A stretch of DNA of 24,341 nt from a virus (taxonomy: Duplodnaviria; Caudoviricetes), in the IMG/VR virus record IMGVR_UViG_3300016263_000504, positions 1-24,341 of that record; one strand, given 5' to 3'. The position numbers were made by a program, and so were the translations under genes. Under the pieces are notes generated by a model, which made no database searches, was not told where the DNA came from, and worked only from the letters and a program-made list of their open reading frames with translations. Shown here in pieces: positions 1-8,051 of this stretch (positions are counted from its first letter, which is position 1; each line of letters starts with the position of its first letter).

Positions 1-36
1 ATCTAATTGATAATCAACGACTTGCACATGGACAGC

Positions 37-65
37 AAAAAGGGGCTGTCCGAAGACAGCCCCTT
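37..65 (-). terminator. Rho-independent terminator after the AAA ATPase gene
   Basis: Minus strand reads GGGGCTGTC-TTCG-GACAGCCCC-TTTTT: a 9-bp GC stem with a C(UUCG)G tetraloop typical of T4-like phages and a U-tract, 16 nt past the stop at 82. Confidence 0.92.
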
Positions 66-81
66 GAAAGATCTGTATGCT

Positions 82-1605
82 TTAAGCGTACATCGAGATC
101 ATACGGACCAGCTCCTCTTCCTTGAGATTGGCGCCGCCGGCCGCATACATGTTTAATCCACGTGAGAGCTTGCGAAGGTTCGCCGTCTGCTTAGACGTAC
201 CTTCACGAAGAATCTTGATGACCTTCAGGCGTTCGGCGCGGCTCAATGAGAGACCAGATTGAAGAGGGACTTTGTCACAGATCTCTTCCATGTAGTCATA
301 GACTTCTTCATCCGTAGGATTGATGTCAATCATATAAGCACGCGTACGGATGGCACCATCCGGATCGAGCTTGTCCATGTTTAGATTCGAGATAAAGATA
401 ACCTTGCCGGTAAATTCAAAGTAACGAGGAATCTCACCGGCATCCAAGATCTCCTCATCTGAACGTTCGTCATCCGGATCCACAACATTGGATCCACGCT
501 TGTTCCAGACGAGCTTACGAATCTTCTTGGTATCCGTAGCCGCCTTAAGAATATTCCGTGCTTCTTGATCTTTTAGCGCGTCATCAGAATCGTCGAACAG
601 GACCACGCCGTCTTTGTATCGAAAGAGTAGAGTATACAGACCGGCCGGAGATGCCGTACCAGTATTCTTAAAATAACCATTACCATCCTTAAGGCCGAGT
701 TCACCAAGAACTTCTTCGACCGTATGCGTCTTACCAACACCACCACGACCAGCCACAAAGAGTGCGTTAGATGATCCACCGATCGTCATCTTAATCAAAT
801 GCCTAAGATCGGCCAATTGAGTCTTAAACGGCAAACGCTCAATCAACTTCTCGGTTTTGGAATCTTCTTTGTAATTCTCTTCGGATGATCCACGGGAAAC
901 CGAGGCACCGGTGCATCCGATGTCCGAGAGAATCTTCGACTTAGCAATGATCAATTCACGAATATCGCTGGACGAACCAGTCCATGTATAAGCTTGACCT
1001 TTTTTGACGATAAGCTTGGGAAATGATTTGACCAAAGCATTGAAGATCAACTCACCGGTCTTACGATATTGATCATAAGCAGATCCAGGACCATATTTCT
1101 TAAACTTATTATCCTTGATCATCGCCACGATACCATCATAAGCATCTTCTGGATGAATCGATTCGAGAATGAGCCTCGAGGACAATTCCATATTCAAAGA
1201 CTCATTCAAATCAATCTTGGCTGGAGGAGTCAAAAAGTGACCGGACTTGGTATCACCACTAAGAATATCAGCAATCACCGGAAGAGTTTGAGCCAAGGAA
1301 GTCTGAGAGTCAAACTTGACGTGATATGGAGTCTTGGAATCCAACCAGATATCAGCCGACTCTACTCCGGTCAGGCCAATGGAATTAGGAGCCGACCAGT
1401 TGATACGAATCGAGCGATTGCCTGATGGAATAAAAAAGCGAATGCCATATCCATGACCATTCTCATTCTTATATTCTTCAGCGTCGGGAAAATTGAAAAG
1501 CTCCGCATTGAGTTTACGATGCAGATAAGATTTAATTAGAATTGCCGCTTTATGCAAACCGGCAGGTGATAGTCCTTCTTTAAGATAAGATTTGAATGAT
1601 TTCAT
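82..1605 (-). CDS. AAA+/P-loop ATPase with long N-terminal domain; probable late, possibly head-packaged protein
   Basis: 507 aa. Walker A AGRGGVGKT, Walker B VLFDDSD, sensor-like IFISN and AIRTR. The N-terminus is MKSFKSYLKE and TATAAATA lies 11 nt upstream. Confidence 0.8.
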   Translation of the reverse strand: MKSFKSYLKEGLSPAGLHKAAILIKSYLHRKLNAELFNFPDAEEYKNENGHGYGIRFFIPSGNRSIRINWSAPNSIGLTGVESADIWLDSKTPYHVKFDSQTSLAQTLPVIADILSGDTKSGHFLTPPAKIDLNESLNMELSSRLILESIHPEDAYDGIVAMIKDNKFKKYGPGSAYDQYRKTGELIFNALVKSFPKLIVKKGQAYTWTGSSSDIRELIIAKSKILSDIGCTGASVSRGSSEENYKEDSKTEKLIERLPFKTQLADLRHLIKMTIGGSSNALFVAGRGGVGKTHTVEEVLGELGLKDGNGYFKNTGTASPAGLYTLLFRYKDGVVLFDDSDDALKDQEARNILKAATDTKKIRKLVWNKRGSNVVDPDDERSDEEILDAGEIPRYFEFTGKVIFISNLNMDKLDPDGAIRTRAYMIDINPTDEEVYDYMEEICDKVPLQSGLSLSRAERLKVIKILREGTSKQTANLRKLSRGLNMYAAGGANLKEEELVRMISMYA

Positions 1606-1616
1606 GTGATATAATA

Positions 1617-1624
1617 TATTTATA
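1617..1624 (-). promoter_or_regulatory. T4-type late promoter (gp55-dependent)
   Basis: Exact TATAAATA on the minus strand, 11 nt before the ATG at 1605. Confidence 0.75.
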
Positions 1625-1643
1625 CCACATAAGATTTGTCAAT

Positions 1644-1673
1644 AAAAAAAGCCCATATTTGCATATGGGCTTT
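1644..1673 (-). terminator. Rho-independent terminator
   Basis: Minus strand reads AAAGCCCATAT-GCAA-ATATGGGC-TTTTTTT (GNRA loop, 7 U), downstream of the stop at 1694. Confidence 0.9.
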
Positions 1674-1693
1674 GACATTGTGTTGAATATTAC

Positions 1694-2029
1694 TTAGTAC
1701 CTAGAATGAGAGACGTGCCTTTCGTAGTAATAAGAACCATTAGGATTCATTCTCATTACAACATTAGGAACCGCCACACAGCCGGATTGATACGAAGATC
1801 GAGGCATGCGATGTGTATTATATCCAGAGCTGTATGTGACACCATAGTAAACCGGAGTCGGAGCAGTATAACATGGAGTCGGAACATACACCGGCGCACA
1901 TACTGGCGGAACATATGCCACATAAGGCATCGGACTATAGACTCCTACAGAGATATTGAATCCTGCATTACTAACCGTAGCAAATAATACAGTGAACGAT
2001 GTGATAAGCGCAAGTGTTTTAATTTTCAT
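1694..2029 (-). CDS. Small secreted-type Pro/Tyr/Val-rich protein
   Basis: 111 aa. Signal-peptide-like N-terminus MKIKTLALITSFTVLFATVSNA followed by YVPPVCAPVYVPTP low-complexity repeats. It has its own promoter motifs and terminator. Confidence 0.75.
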   Translation of the reverse strand: MKIKTLALITSFTVLFATVSNAGFNISVGVYSPMPYVAYVPPVCAPVYVPTPCYTAPTPVYYGVTYSSGYNTHRMPRSSYQSGCVAVPNVVMRMNPNGSYYYERHVSHSRY

Positions 2030-2035
2030 ATTGCT

Positions 2036-2063
2036 AGTCTATAGTATTTATATCATTTGTACA
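2036..2063 (-). promoter_or_regulatory. TGTACA-N16-TAGACT promoter-like motif with a nested late promoter TATAAATA (2045-2052)
   Basis: Both motifs read directly; the -10-like hexamer ends 6 nt before the ATG at 2029. Confidence 0.65.
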
Positions 2064-2102
2064 TGGCAAAATTACGAAGAAGCAGCTTGATTGTTCCTTT
2101 AT

Positions 2103-2768
2103 TTAATATCCAAAAGCCGTGATTGTATGTTCAAATGGATTGCCTTCAATGTTCTTTATCAGTCTCAGCATCTCAGAGGCGATCTCACGAATTTCCAACT
2201 GAGCTTCTGGCTTATTTCGAAGCTGCAGAAAATGATGAAATGATCTCCAATTGAACATCACGTCGGCCTGAATTTGCGAATTGTAAGTCTTGAAAAAGCG
2301 TGCAGATTCCTTGGCACGTTTACGACCCAAGACAGGTTCCAGATCCTCTAAACAATCATGATAGAGCTCATTGCCAAGTTGCGTGTATACTTCAAGACGA
2401 TTCGTCCAATATCTCTGATATGAGTCTGCGGATTTGCAACCTTTCAATTGTTTAATGCCTTTCCAATCTTCAGGTAGATAGTACTTGTCTTCTTTCAGCT
2501 CTTTATACCGCGCCGATTCGCCATTGATGCTAACGCCAATGCGATGCTTAAGAAGATGAATATGGGAGGCAATATCACAATCAACAAGAAAATGTAGAGA
2601 AGACTTTTCAAAGACAGAATGATGCCCTTGTTCAGCCAGCATTTTAAGTAATTTAGGAATGCGTTGTATTTTTTCATTGGACAATTCTCGAATAGTGGAC
2701 GTCCATGCCGATTGAGCATGTGTTATATCTGAGCCATAATACCCTAACAATTCAACAGTATTTTTCAT
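2103..2768 (-). CDS. thyX: Flavin-dependent thymidylate synthase
   Basis: GHHSVFE, ThyX motif variant KHRIGVSINGESARY, KESAR, NWRSFHHFLQLR and AQLEIREIA. Confidence 0.92.
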   Translation of the reverse strand: MKNTVELLGYYGSDITHAQSAWTSTIRELSNEKIQRIPKLLKMLAEQGHHSVFEKSSLHFLVDCDIASHIHLLKHRIGVSINGESARYKELKEDKYYLPEDWKGIKQLKGCKSADSYQRYWTNRLEVYTQLGNELYHDCLEDLEPVLGRKRAKESARFFKTYNSQIQADVMFNWRSFHHFLQLRNKPEAQLEIREIASEMLRLIKNIEGNPFEHTITAFGY

Positions 2769-2786
2769 ATGATATAGTATAATAAT

Positions 2787-4193
2787 TTATACTCTGATAT
2801 TTGCGACTGATACAATCTTTCTACCCTTATCCCATGGCTTTGGATTGCTGGATTGAGAAGATTCATTCGAGTCATTTAGAGTAGTCATGCTATTCTGACC
2901 AGATGCATTCACATCATATAAACGCATCTTGGATTTATCAACTCCGATGATAAATCTTTTATTGTTTGATTTGTTGTTATATCGATTCTTAAGTTGCTTG
3001 ACCAGATACTGACCAAGCTTCTCGAGTTGTTCGGTTTCGATCAATGATATCATGAAGTCTGCCGTTCCAGTCAAAGCAAATGAGTCCGCAATATCCGTCA
3101 TCTCCGGATCTGAACTTGCGAATCCTGTACGATTCACCTGTGTGGCAGTCCAGATAGGCACATTGAATTCAATGGCCAGGCCACGAAGCTCTTCAGAAAT
3201 TGCTTTGACAAATGAATTGGTGTTTACGGCACCAGATAATCCTTTGACTCGAGCCGATGCACAGATGCCAATATAGTCAATAAAGATAATATCAGGTATG
3301 AAGTTCTTCTTCAATTTAAGTTCATTGAGCAAGGCTCGAAAATGACCAGAGTGTGCGGCCGCCGTAGGATATTCCTTGATGATAAGCTTGCCATGAGTCT
3401 TGGCGGCAATCTTCTTGACCTTGGATTCAAAGACATCTTTGGGTAAGGACTCTATTTGATCTAGAGTCACATCAAATAAATTAGCATCAATACGTTCGGC
3501 AATGCGTTCCTCGGACATTTCCAAAGTAATGTATAGGACATTCTTTCCTTGTGAGAGGTAAGACGAGGCCAAATGACACAGGACCAGACTTTTACCCACA
3601 TTCACACCAGCCATGATAATGTTCAGAGTCTTCTTTGGAATTCCGCCGCGAGTGATGGAATTGAACATGTCAATGTCAAATGGAATACGAGCTTCTTTCT
3701 TATGATAATACTCGTAACGGTCCAATGCATTATCGATATAATCATGGCCTACATTGGTATCAAAGGTGACTGATAGCGCCTTCTGCAAAATGCTGGGAAT
3801 CATGCCCGGAGCAACATCCTTGCGCTTACCATCAATGATCGCAATTGATTCCATGACGCCCAGAAAGACCGATCGTTCTTGGCACCACTTCTCGGTTTGA
3901 TGAAGGAGCCAATCAATGTCTACCTTTTCGGGTATCTCAATATCACGTATGATCTCCATCGCCTGATTGCGATCATTTCCAAGTGAACCTTTGGTAGAAT
4001 TTTGAAGCTCAATTGATAATGCTGATGATGTCGGAAGCTTATTATATTTCAATATGAAATGAATGATCAGATCATATACAATTTTCTGTCCGTCTTCAAA
4101 ATACTCCGGTTTGACATGTGGCATTGCCTTGCGGCAAAATCCTTCATCATGTATGAAGGATTGTAGAATCAGCTTTTGTAGATTTGCTTCCAT
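2787..4193 (-). CDS. 41: T4 gp41-like replicative (DnaB-family) helicase
   Basis: 468 aa. Walker A AGVNVGKS, YITLEMSEE, IIKEYPT, IFIDY, TATQVNR and QLKNRY; lies downstream of uvsX as in T4. Confidence 0.95.
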   Translation of the reverse strand: MEANLQKLILQSFIHDEGFCRKAMPHVKPEYFEDGQKIVYDLIIHFILKYNKLPTSSALSIELQNSTKGSLGNDRNQAMEIIRDIEIPEKVDIDWLLHQTEKWCQERSVFLGVMESIAIIDGKRKDVAPGMIPSILQKALSVTFDTNVGHDYIDNALDRYEYYHKKEARIPFDIDMFNSITRGGIPKKTLNIIMAGVNVGKSLVLCHLASSYLSQGKNVLYITLEMSEERIAERIDANLFDVTLDQIESLPKDVFESKVKKIAAKTHGKLIIKEYPTAAAHSGHFRALLNELKLKKNFIPDIIFIDYIGICASARVKGLSGAVNTNSFVKAISEELRGLAIEFNVPIWTATQVNRTGFASSDPEMTDIADSFALTGTADFMISLIETEQLEKLGQYLVKQLKNRYNNKSNNKRFIIGVDKSKMRLYDVNASGQNSMTTLNDSNESSQSSNPKPWDKGRKIVSVANIRV

Positions 4194-4500
4194 TATTTAA
4201 TTCGTTTAATTTACCAATACGAGGTTCTTTACTGATCATGATCGATCTAAGAACGTCACCGGCATGATGATGAAACGCAGAATCATTTTGATATTTTACG
4301 CCATGAATGATCGTAAAATGAAAAGATAATTTTGCTATACCTAGTGAAGGTTCTTCGGTCACCTTTACCCAATCATAACTATAAACAGTTCCTTTGAAAG
4401 GACCTGTCAATAATTCTACCATGGCATTGGTTCCTTGTACATTAGCAAAGAAACCAAGCTGATAATCAATGCCTTCAATCGGACTCGTCTTCAGGCCCAT
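4147..4500 (-). CDS. Small hypothetical protein at the T4 gp40 position
   Basis: Likely start at ATG 4500 (MGLKTSPIEG..., 117 aa). It fills the gap between uvsX and gp41 with short overlaps. The gp40 link is positional only. Confidence 0.6.
   Translation of the reverse strand: MGLKTSPIEGIDYQLGFFANVQGTNAMVELLTGPFKGTVYSYDWVKVTEEPSLGIAKLSFHFTIIHGVKYQNDSAFHHHAGDVLRSIMISKEPRIGKLNELNNGSKSTKADSTILHT
4413..4441 (-). promoter_or_regulatory. Internal TGTACA-N17-TAGAAT promoter-like motif upstream of the helicase
   Basis: Same motif as the intergenic copies, with TGG (extended -10) before TAGAAT, about 220 nt upstream of the gp41 ATG. Confidence 0.45.
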
Positions 4501-5548
4501 GAACCTTATGAGACGCAAGCATTTCCTTGTGACCCATAGCATAGCGGTTTTTAACATATTCTTTGAAATTAGTCTTCTCGTAGATGGTGTTCCAGAATGA
4601 ATCATCAAAGGTCTGATCCGCACGAAGCTTCTTAGACAGTTCCTTCTTGGTCTTGGGATCGTATGCAACATACCAACCAACCTGAGGTTTGTTTACATAT
4701 CCTCCGTCTATTGCCACATCCAGTAGTCCGGAGTTGCGTTCAATGCCACCTTCCCATGAAACCGAGATGGGAATCTTGGACTTCTCACGGACAAAGCGGG
4801 ACTTCTCGATATTGATGATAAAGTGATATCCCTTCATTTCATCACCGTCTTTGTCCTGCTGGCGGCCAATAATCCAGATATTGTCTGCAGAATAATAGAT
4901 GCCGGTACCACCAGAGACAACAGGCTTAGAATACATTTCCTGTGTCATGTAAATATGATTCACGGCCAAAAGAGGAATATCCTTTAATGTCAGCATTGGA
5001 GTGACCATACGGAAAAGGCCCTTCAGCGCTTTGGCTCGAGTCATATCTGCAACCGATTTTTCATTGATGGCATCTTCAACTTCCTTCTTGGATGCCAGAT
5101 TGCCAATGGAGTCAATCATGATGATGATCTTATCTCCGCGATTGATGTTCTGAAGCTGTGACACTAGATCAAACTTAAGTTCTTCAACATTAGTCACAGG
5201 CGTATGTAATACGCGGGAAGTATCAATGCCAAAGGATGTAAAGTATGATTGAGGAGAACCGAATTCAGAATCATAGAACATACACACGGCATCCGAATGC
5301 TGCTTCAGATATGCCGCCACCATGAGCAAACCAAAGGATGTTTTGAAGTGTTTTGATGGACCAGCTAAGACCGTAAGACCAGAACTAAGTCCGCCATCCA
5401 TGTCGCCGGATAATGCCACGTTGATCATGGGCACCTCCGTCTTGACGAATTCTTTATTGCCAAACAGCTTGGAATCCGCCATGACTTCCGCGCCGTCGAT
5501 TTTAGATGCCTTCTTCAGGCGTTCGAGTAGTGATGTTGAGTTAGCCAT
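4475..5548 (-). CDS. uvsX: RecA-like recombinase UvsX
   Basis: 357 aa. INVALSG, Walker A AGPSKHFKT, FYDSEFG, IDSIGNLAS, SGGTGIYYSAD and EKSRFVREK match T4 UvsX motifs. Confidence 0.96.
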   Translation of the reverse strand: MANSTSLLERLKKASKIDGAEVMADSKLFGNKEFVKTEVPMINVALSGDMDGGLSSGLTVLAGPSKHFKTSFGLLMVAAYLKQHSDAVCMFYDSEFGSPQSYFTSFGIDTSRVLHTPVTNVEELKFDLVSQLQNINRGDKIIIMIDSIGNLASKKEVEDAINEKSVADMTRAKALKGLFRMVTPMLTLKDIPLLAVNHIYMTQEMYSKPVVSGGTGIYYSADNIWIIGRQQDKDGDEMKGYHFIINIEKSRFVREKSKIPISVSWEGGIERNSGLLDVAIDGGYVNKPQVGWYVAYDPKTKKELSKKLRADQTFDDSFWNTIYEKTNFKEYVKNRYAMGHKEMLASHKVHGPEDESD

Positions 5549-5562
5549 AAAATATGTATGAT

Positions 5563-5590
5563 ACTATAAACCAAAACTATCAGAAGTACA
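5563..5590 (-). promoter_or_regulatory. TGTACT-N16-TATAGT promoter-like motif for uvsX
   Basis: Read directly in the intergenic gap, 14 nt before the ATG. Confidence 0.6.
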
Positions 5591-5607
5591 ATCAATTGTT
5601 TCCTACA

Positions 5608-6804
5608 TTACATGAAGGCTTCCAATGATGATGTACTTCCGACAATGTTCTTTCGAACATTATCTTGAATCAAAAAATTCTCGGAGTAATTATCCATAGG
5701 AAGTTTATTCTCAAGAAACATCTTAACCATTCGCGCCGGATGCTCGGCTGTTGTGACTGGTACGTTTTGACAGATGTGATTGATGTTACGTACCGGATTC
5801 AAGAGCTGAAAGTCCAGAGGCATCTTCATGATTGATAGACATTCACGTATTGTCAAGAAGCGATCATAACGATGATGAGTAAGCATAGTTGGCATATGAC
5901 CAACAAAGGCACCGATGATATCGCATGGAACCTCAATCTGCTTGCGCATGATGTTTCCACCCATACCAAGCTTCATGTGCATACCCTTGGAACGTTCAGC
6001 CAATTTGGCAAATCCATTCTTGGCCATCCATTCGGAGACTTTCATATAATCATGGCCAGGAGTGGCTTCAATTGCACGAAGAACATTAGATGTACGCTTG
6101 AGCGATTGTGCGTATTTCTTATGCGAGATGCCTCCATGAATCTCTTCGAGAAGATATCGATAATATGGATCCTGAGACGGAATTTTTTTAGAAGCCAAAA
6201 TATTCGACATTGGATCATTCTTGGCCGCGTTCTTGGCCAGATCGATCGTGTCTTCGATGGATTCGCGAATGGAATGATCGGTATATTCGAACAATGGAAT
6301 TCGATCGCTCTTCCAGAAGAAATAGAATGTACGCTCTCGGACCTGTGATAATCCATGCACCTCAGACTTGGTCTTGAATATCGAGAAGGTATATCCGTTA
6401 TCTTGACCGATCTGACGAAGACGAGCAACAACTGGTTCACCAAGCTTGGATGCCAGACGTGGCGCATTCTCTCCCCAGAATACTTGAGGCTTGATATTGG
6501 TCAGGACATACTCAGCCGATTTGAACATCCACTCATTCATCGCGCTGGTCCCTGATGCCGTAGGCGAAAGAGCCGAGAGACCTGCACAAGGACAAACCGT
6601 GTTCACTACATCGACTCGATGAGGTACCGAAGCCCCTTCATCGATCAAATAATATGGTACCTCATGATTGTAATAGTTAAGTAGATGAGCGTCATTGTTC
6701 TTAAACGGAGAGAACGAGAGAATATATTCGGGACGAGTGCCAAATACATTCTGCTGAGCAATTGTCTCACCGCCAATAAGAGGTACTATAGATGCGTGTG
6801 TCAT
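5608..6804 (-). CDS. DNA C5-cytosine methyltransferase-fold protein with a degenerate SAM-binding motif I
   Basis: Motif IV CPCAGLS, VI WGENAP, VIII GLSQVRER, IX RFLTIREC and X-like ICQNVP. Motif I is IVPLIGG rather than F-x-G-x-G. The C-terminus is SLEAFM. Confidence 0.8.
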   Translation of the reverse strand: MTHASIVPLIGGETIAQQNVFGTRPEYILSFSPFKNNDAHLLNYYNHEVPYYLIDEGASVPHRVDVVNTVCPCAGLSALSPTASGTSAMNEWMFKSAEYVLTNIKPQVFWGENAPRLASKLGEPVVARLRQIGQDNGYTFSIFKTKSEVHGLSQVRERTFYFFWKSDRIPLFEYTDHSIRESIEDTIDLAKNAAKNDPMSNILASKKIPSQDPYYRYLLEEIHGGISHKKYAQSLKRTSNVLRAIEATPGHDYMKVSEWMAKNGFAKLAERSKGMHMKLGMGGNIMRKQIEVPCDIIGAFVGHMPTMLTHHRYDRFLTIRECLSIMKMPLDFQLLNPVRNINHICQNVPVTTAEHPARMVKMFLENKLPMDNYSENFLIQDNVRKNIVGSTSSLEAFM

Positions 6805-7913
6805 TCAAAAAAGGTTTCTAGCGAGTTATGCGGTACTTCTAATAGTTCAGGTTTATGCGGCACTTCAGATAGTTTCTGAGGAGTGCTGAAAGTATCTATG
6901 CCGTTCCAGTGAGGATAGAATTCGCGTGAGAGATGAATCGAATGTGGCTTCTCCATATACTTGAAGTCAAGCTCAAACTTTGAGTTCAAAAGATAATCAG
7001 TCCAACGAATAAATCGAATGCCATTCTGCTTGCATAAAAGTTCGCAATAATCATTGAAAGCATGCCGGACACTATTACGTTCAATCCAGCTCCCCCAGAA
7101 TGGTTTGCCTTTATGATAGCCAGTCTGTGGTAACTTACGCGATTCGTTTTCGATCGGAAGCAATTCGTAGATGGCTTTATCATGAATAGGCAAAGCCTTG
7201 ACCACATTAACATAGCGTTCGGCCAGATTCTTGGCATTCTCGATCGGATTGCCTTCAATACGGCACAGATGATGACGCACGTCAATGTTGCCAAAATAGA
7301 ACTCCGCGGCCGTAACTTTATCGATGGACTGGATCTCCTCGATGAAGGTTTGAAGTCCAGTATTCAATGCCCCATTAAGTGTCTTGAATGGAACTGAGTT
7401 CACGGTCCATCCTGGGCGATGCATGCAGATCGAATGAGAGTCACCAATCACCACCTTGTCCGTGATGAAAGGAAAGCGGACTCGAGTAGATTCCCTTCGC
7501 ATTCGCTCAAGATTCTTGATATCGACCTCGAGCCATTCGGACTGAATCTCTCCACTCTTGGACTGAGCGACCTTAATCCGATCGGCGATCATTACATCGA
7601 TCTCTGGAAAATCAAGAGCCAATGAATAGACCTTGCCTTTGAACTTCGAGAAGTTACGAATATTCCAAGCATACGGAAAAGCCTTGACTCCGCCGAAGAG
7701 GTTGAGATTTCCCGTAAAATCGCTCCCCCAATAAACGTATACGACATCATACTCATTATGATCTTCATGAGCGTTACCACCCCAATTGATATCAACTACA
7801 TCATACTCGCCAGTCTGTCGAATCTGATCCGCATAGATGACCCCTTGAGCTGAGCGATGAGATGCCAGACGAGGTACGATTGGAATAAAAGGTGCCGTTA
7901 TTAAAGCTTTCAT
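6801..7913 (-). CDS. Two-domain protein with a C-terminal SGNH/GDSL-like hydrolase/acyltransferase domain
   Basis: VVIGDSHS (block I), FYFGNID (block III-like) and PHSIHLS (block V-like His). Its stop overlaps the next ATG (ATGA). The C-terminus is SLETFFE. Confidence 0.6.
   Translation of the reverse strand: MKALITAPFIPIVPRLASHRSAQGVIYADQIRQTGEYDVVDINWGGNAHEDHNEYDVVYVYWGSDFTGNLNLFGGVKAFPYAWNIRNFSKFKGKVYSLALDFPEIDVMIADRIKVAQSKSGEIQSEWLEVDIKNLERMRRESTRVRFPFITDKVVIGDSHSICMHRPGWTVNSVPFKTLNGALNTGLQTFIEEIQSIDKVTAAEFYFGNIDVRHHLCRIEGNPIENAKNLAERYVNVVKALPIHDKAIYELLPIENESRKLPQTGYHKGKPFWGSWIERNSVRHAFNDYCELLCKQNGIRFIRWTDYLLNSKFELDFKYMEKPHSIHLSREFYPHWNGIDTFSTPQKLSEVPHKPELLEVPHNSLETFFE
6826..6874. repeat. 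27-bp imperfect tandem duplication (LSEVPHKPE / LLEVPHNSL)
   Basis: ttatgcggtacttctaatagtt at 6826 and ttatgcggcacttcagatagtt at 6853. Confidence 0.8.
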
Positions 7914-7922
7914 TAAATCAAA

Positions 7923-7950
7923 ATCATATCTTAAAAATCCTAATTGTACA
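7923..7950 (-). promoter_or_regulatory. TGTACA-N16-TATGAT promoter-like motif
   Basis: Read directly; 9 nt before the ATG at 7913. Confidence 0.65.
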
Positions 7951-7981
7951 TAAAAATTGTTCCATATAGAAACAATTTATG

Positions 7982-7989
7982 TATAAATA
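7982..7989 (+). promoter_or_regulatory. T4-type late promoter for the homing endonuclease
   Basis: Exact TATAAATA on the plus strand, 62 nt upstream of ATG 8052. Confidence 0.75.
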
Positions 7990-8051
7990 GAAATGCTGGT
8001 CGCGATGCTGAAACATCCACCAGCTCTACAATAACCCGATTAAAGGCAATT

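Noticed and set aside
4501-4680. N-terminal extension of the 177-aa ORF
   Set aside because: It lies wholly within uvsX in another frame; ATG 4500 gives normal packing.
5608-6804. Restriction-modification system or a 5mC-TET pathway
   Set aside because: There is no adjacent cognate restriction enzyme and no 2OG-Fe(II) dioxygenase (HxD..H) gene in the cluster.
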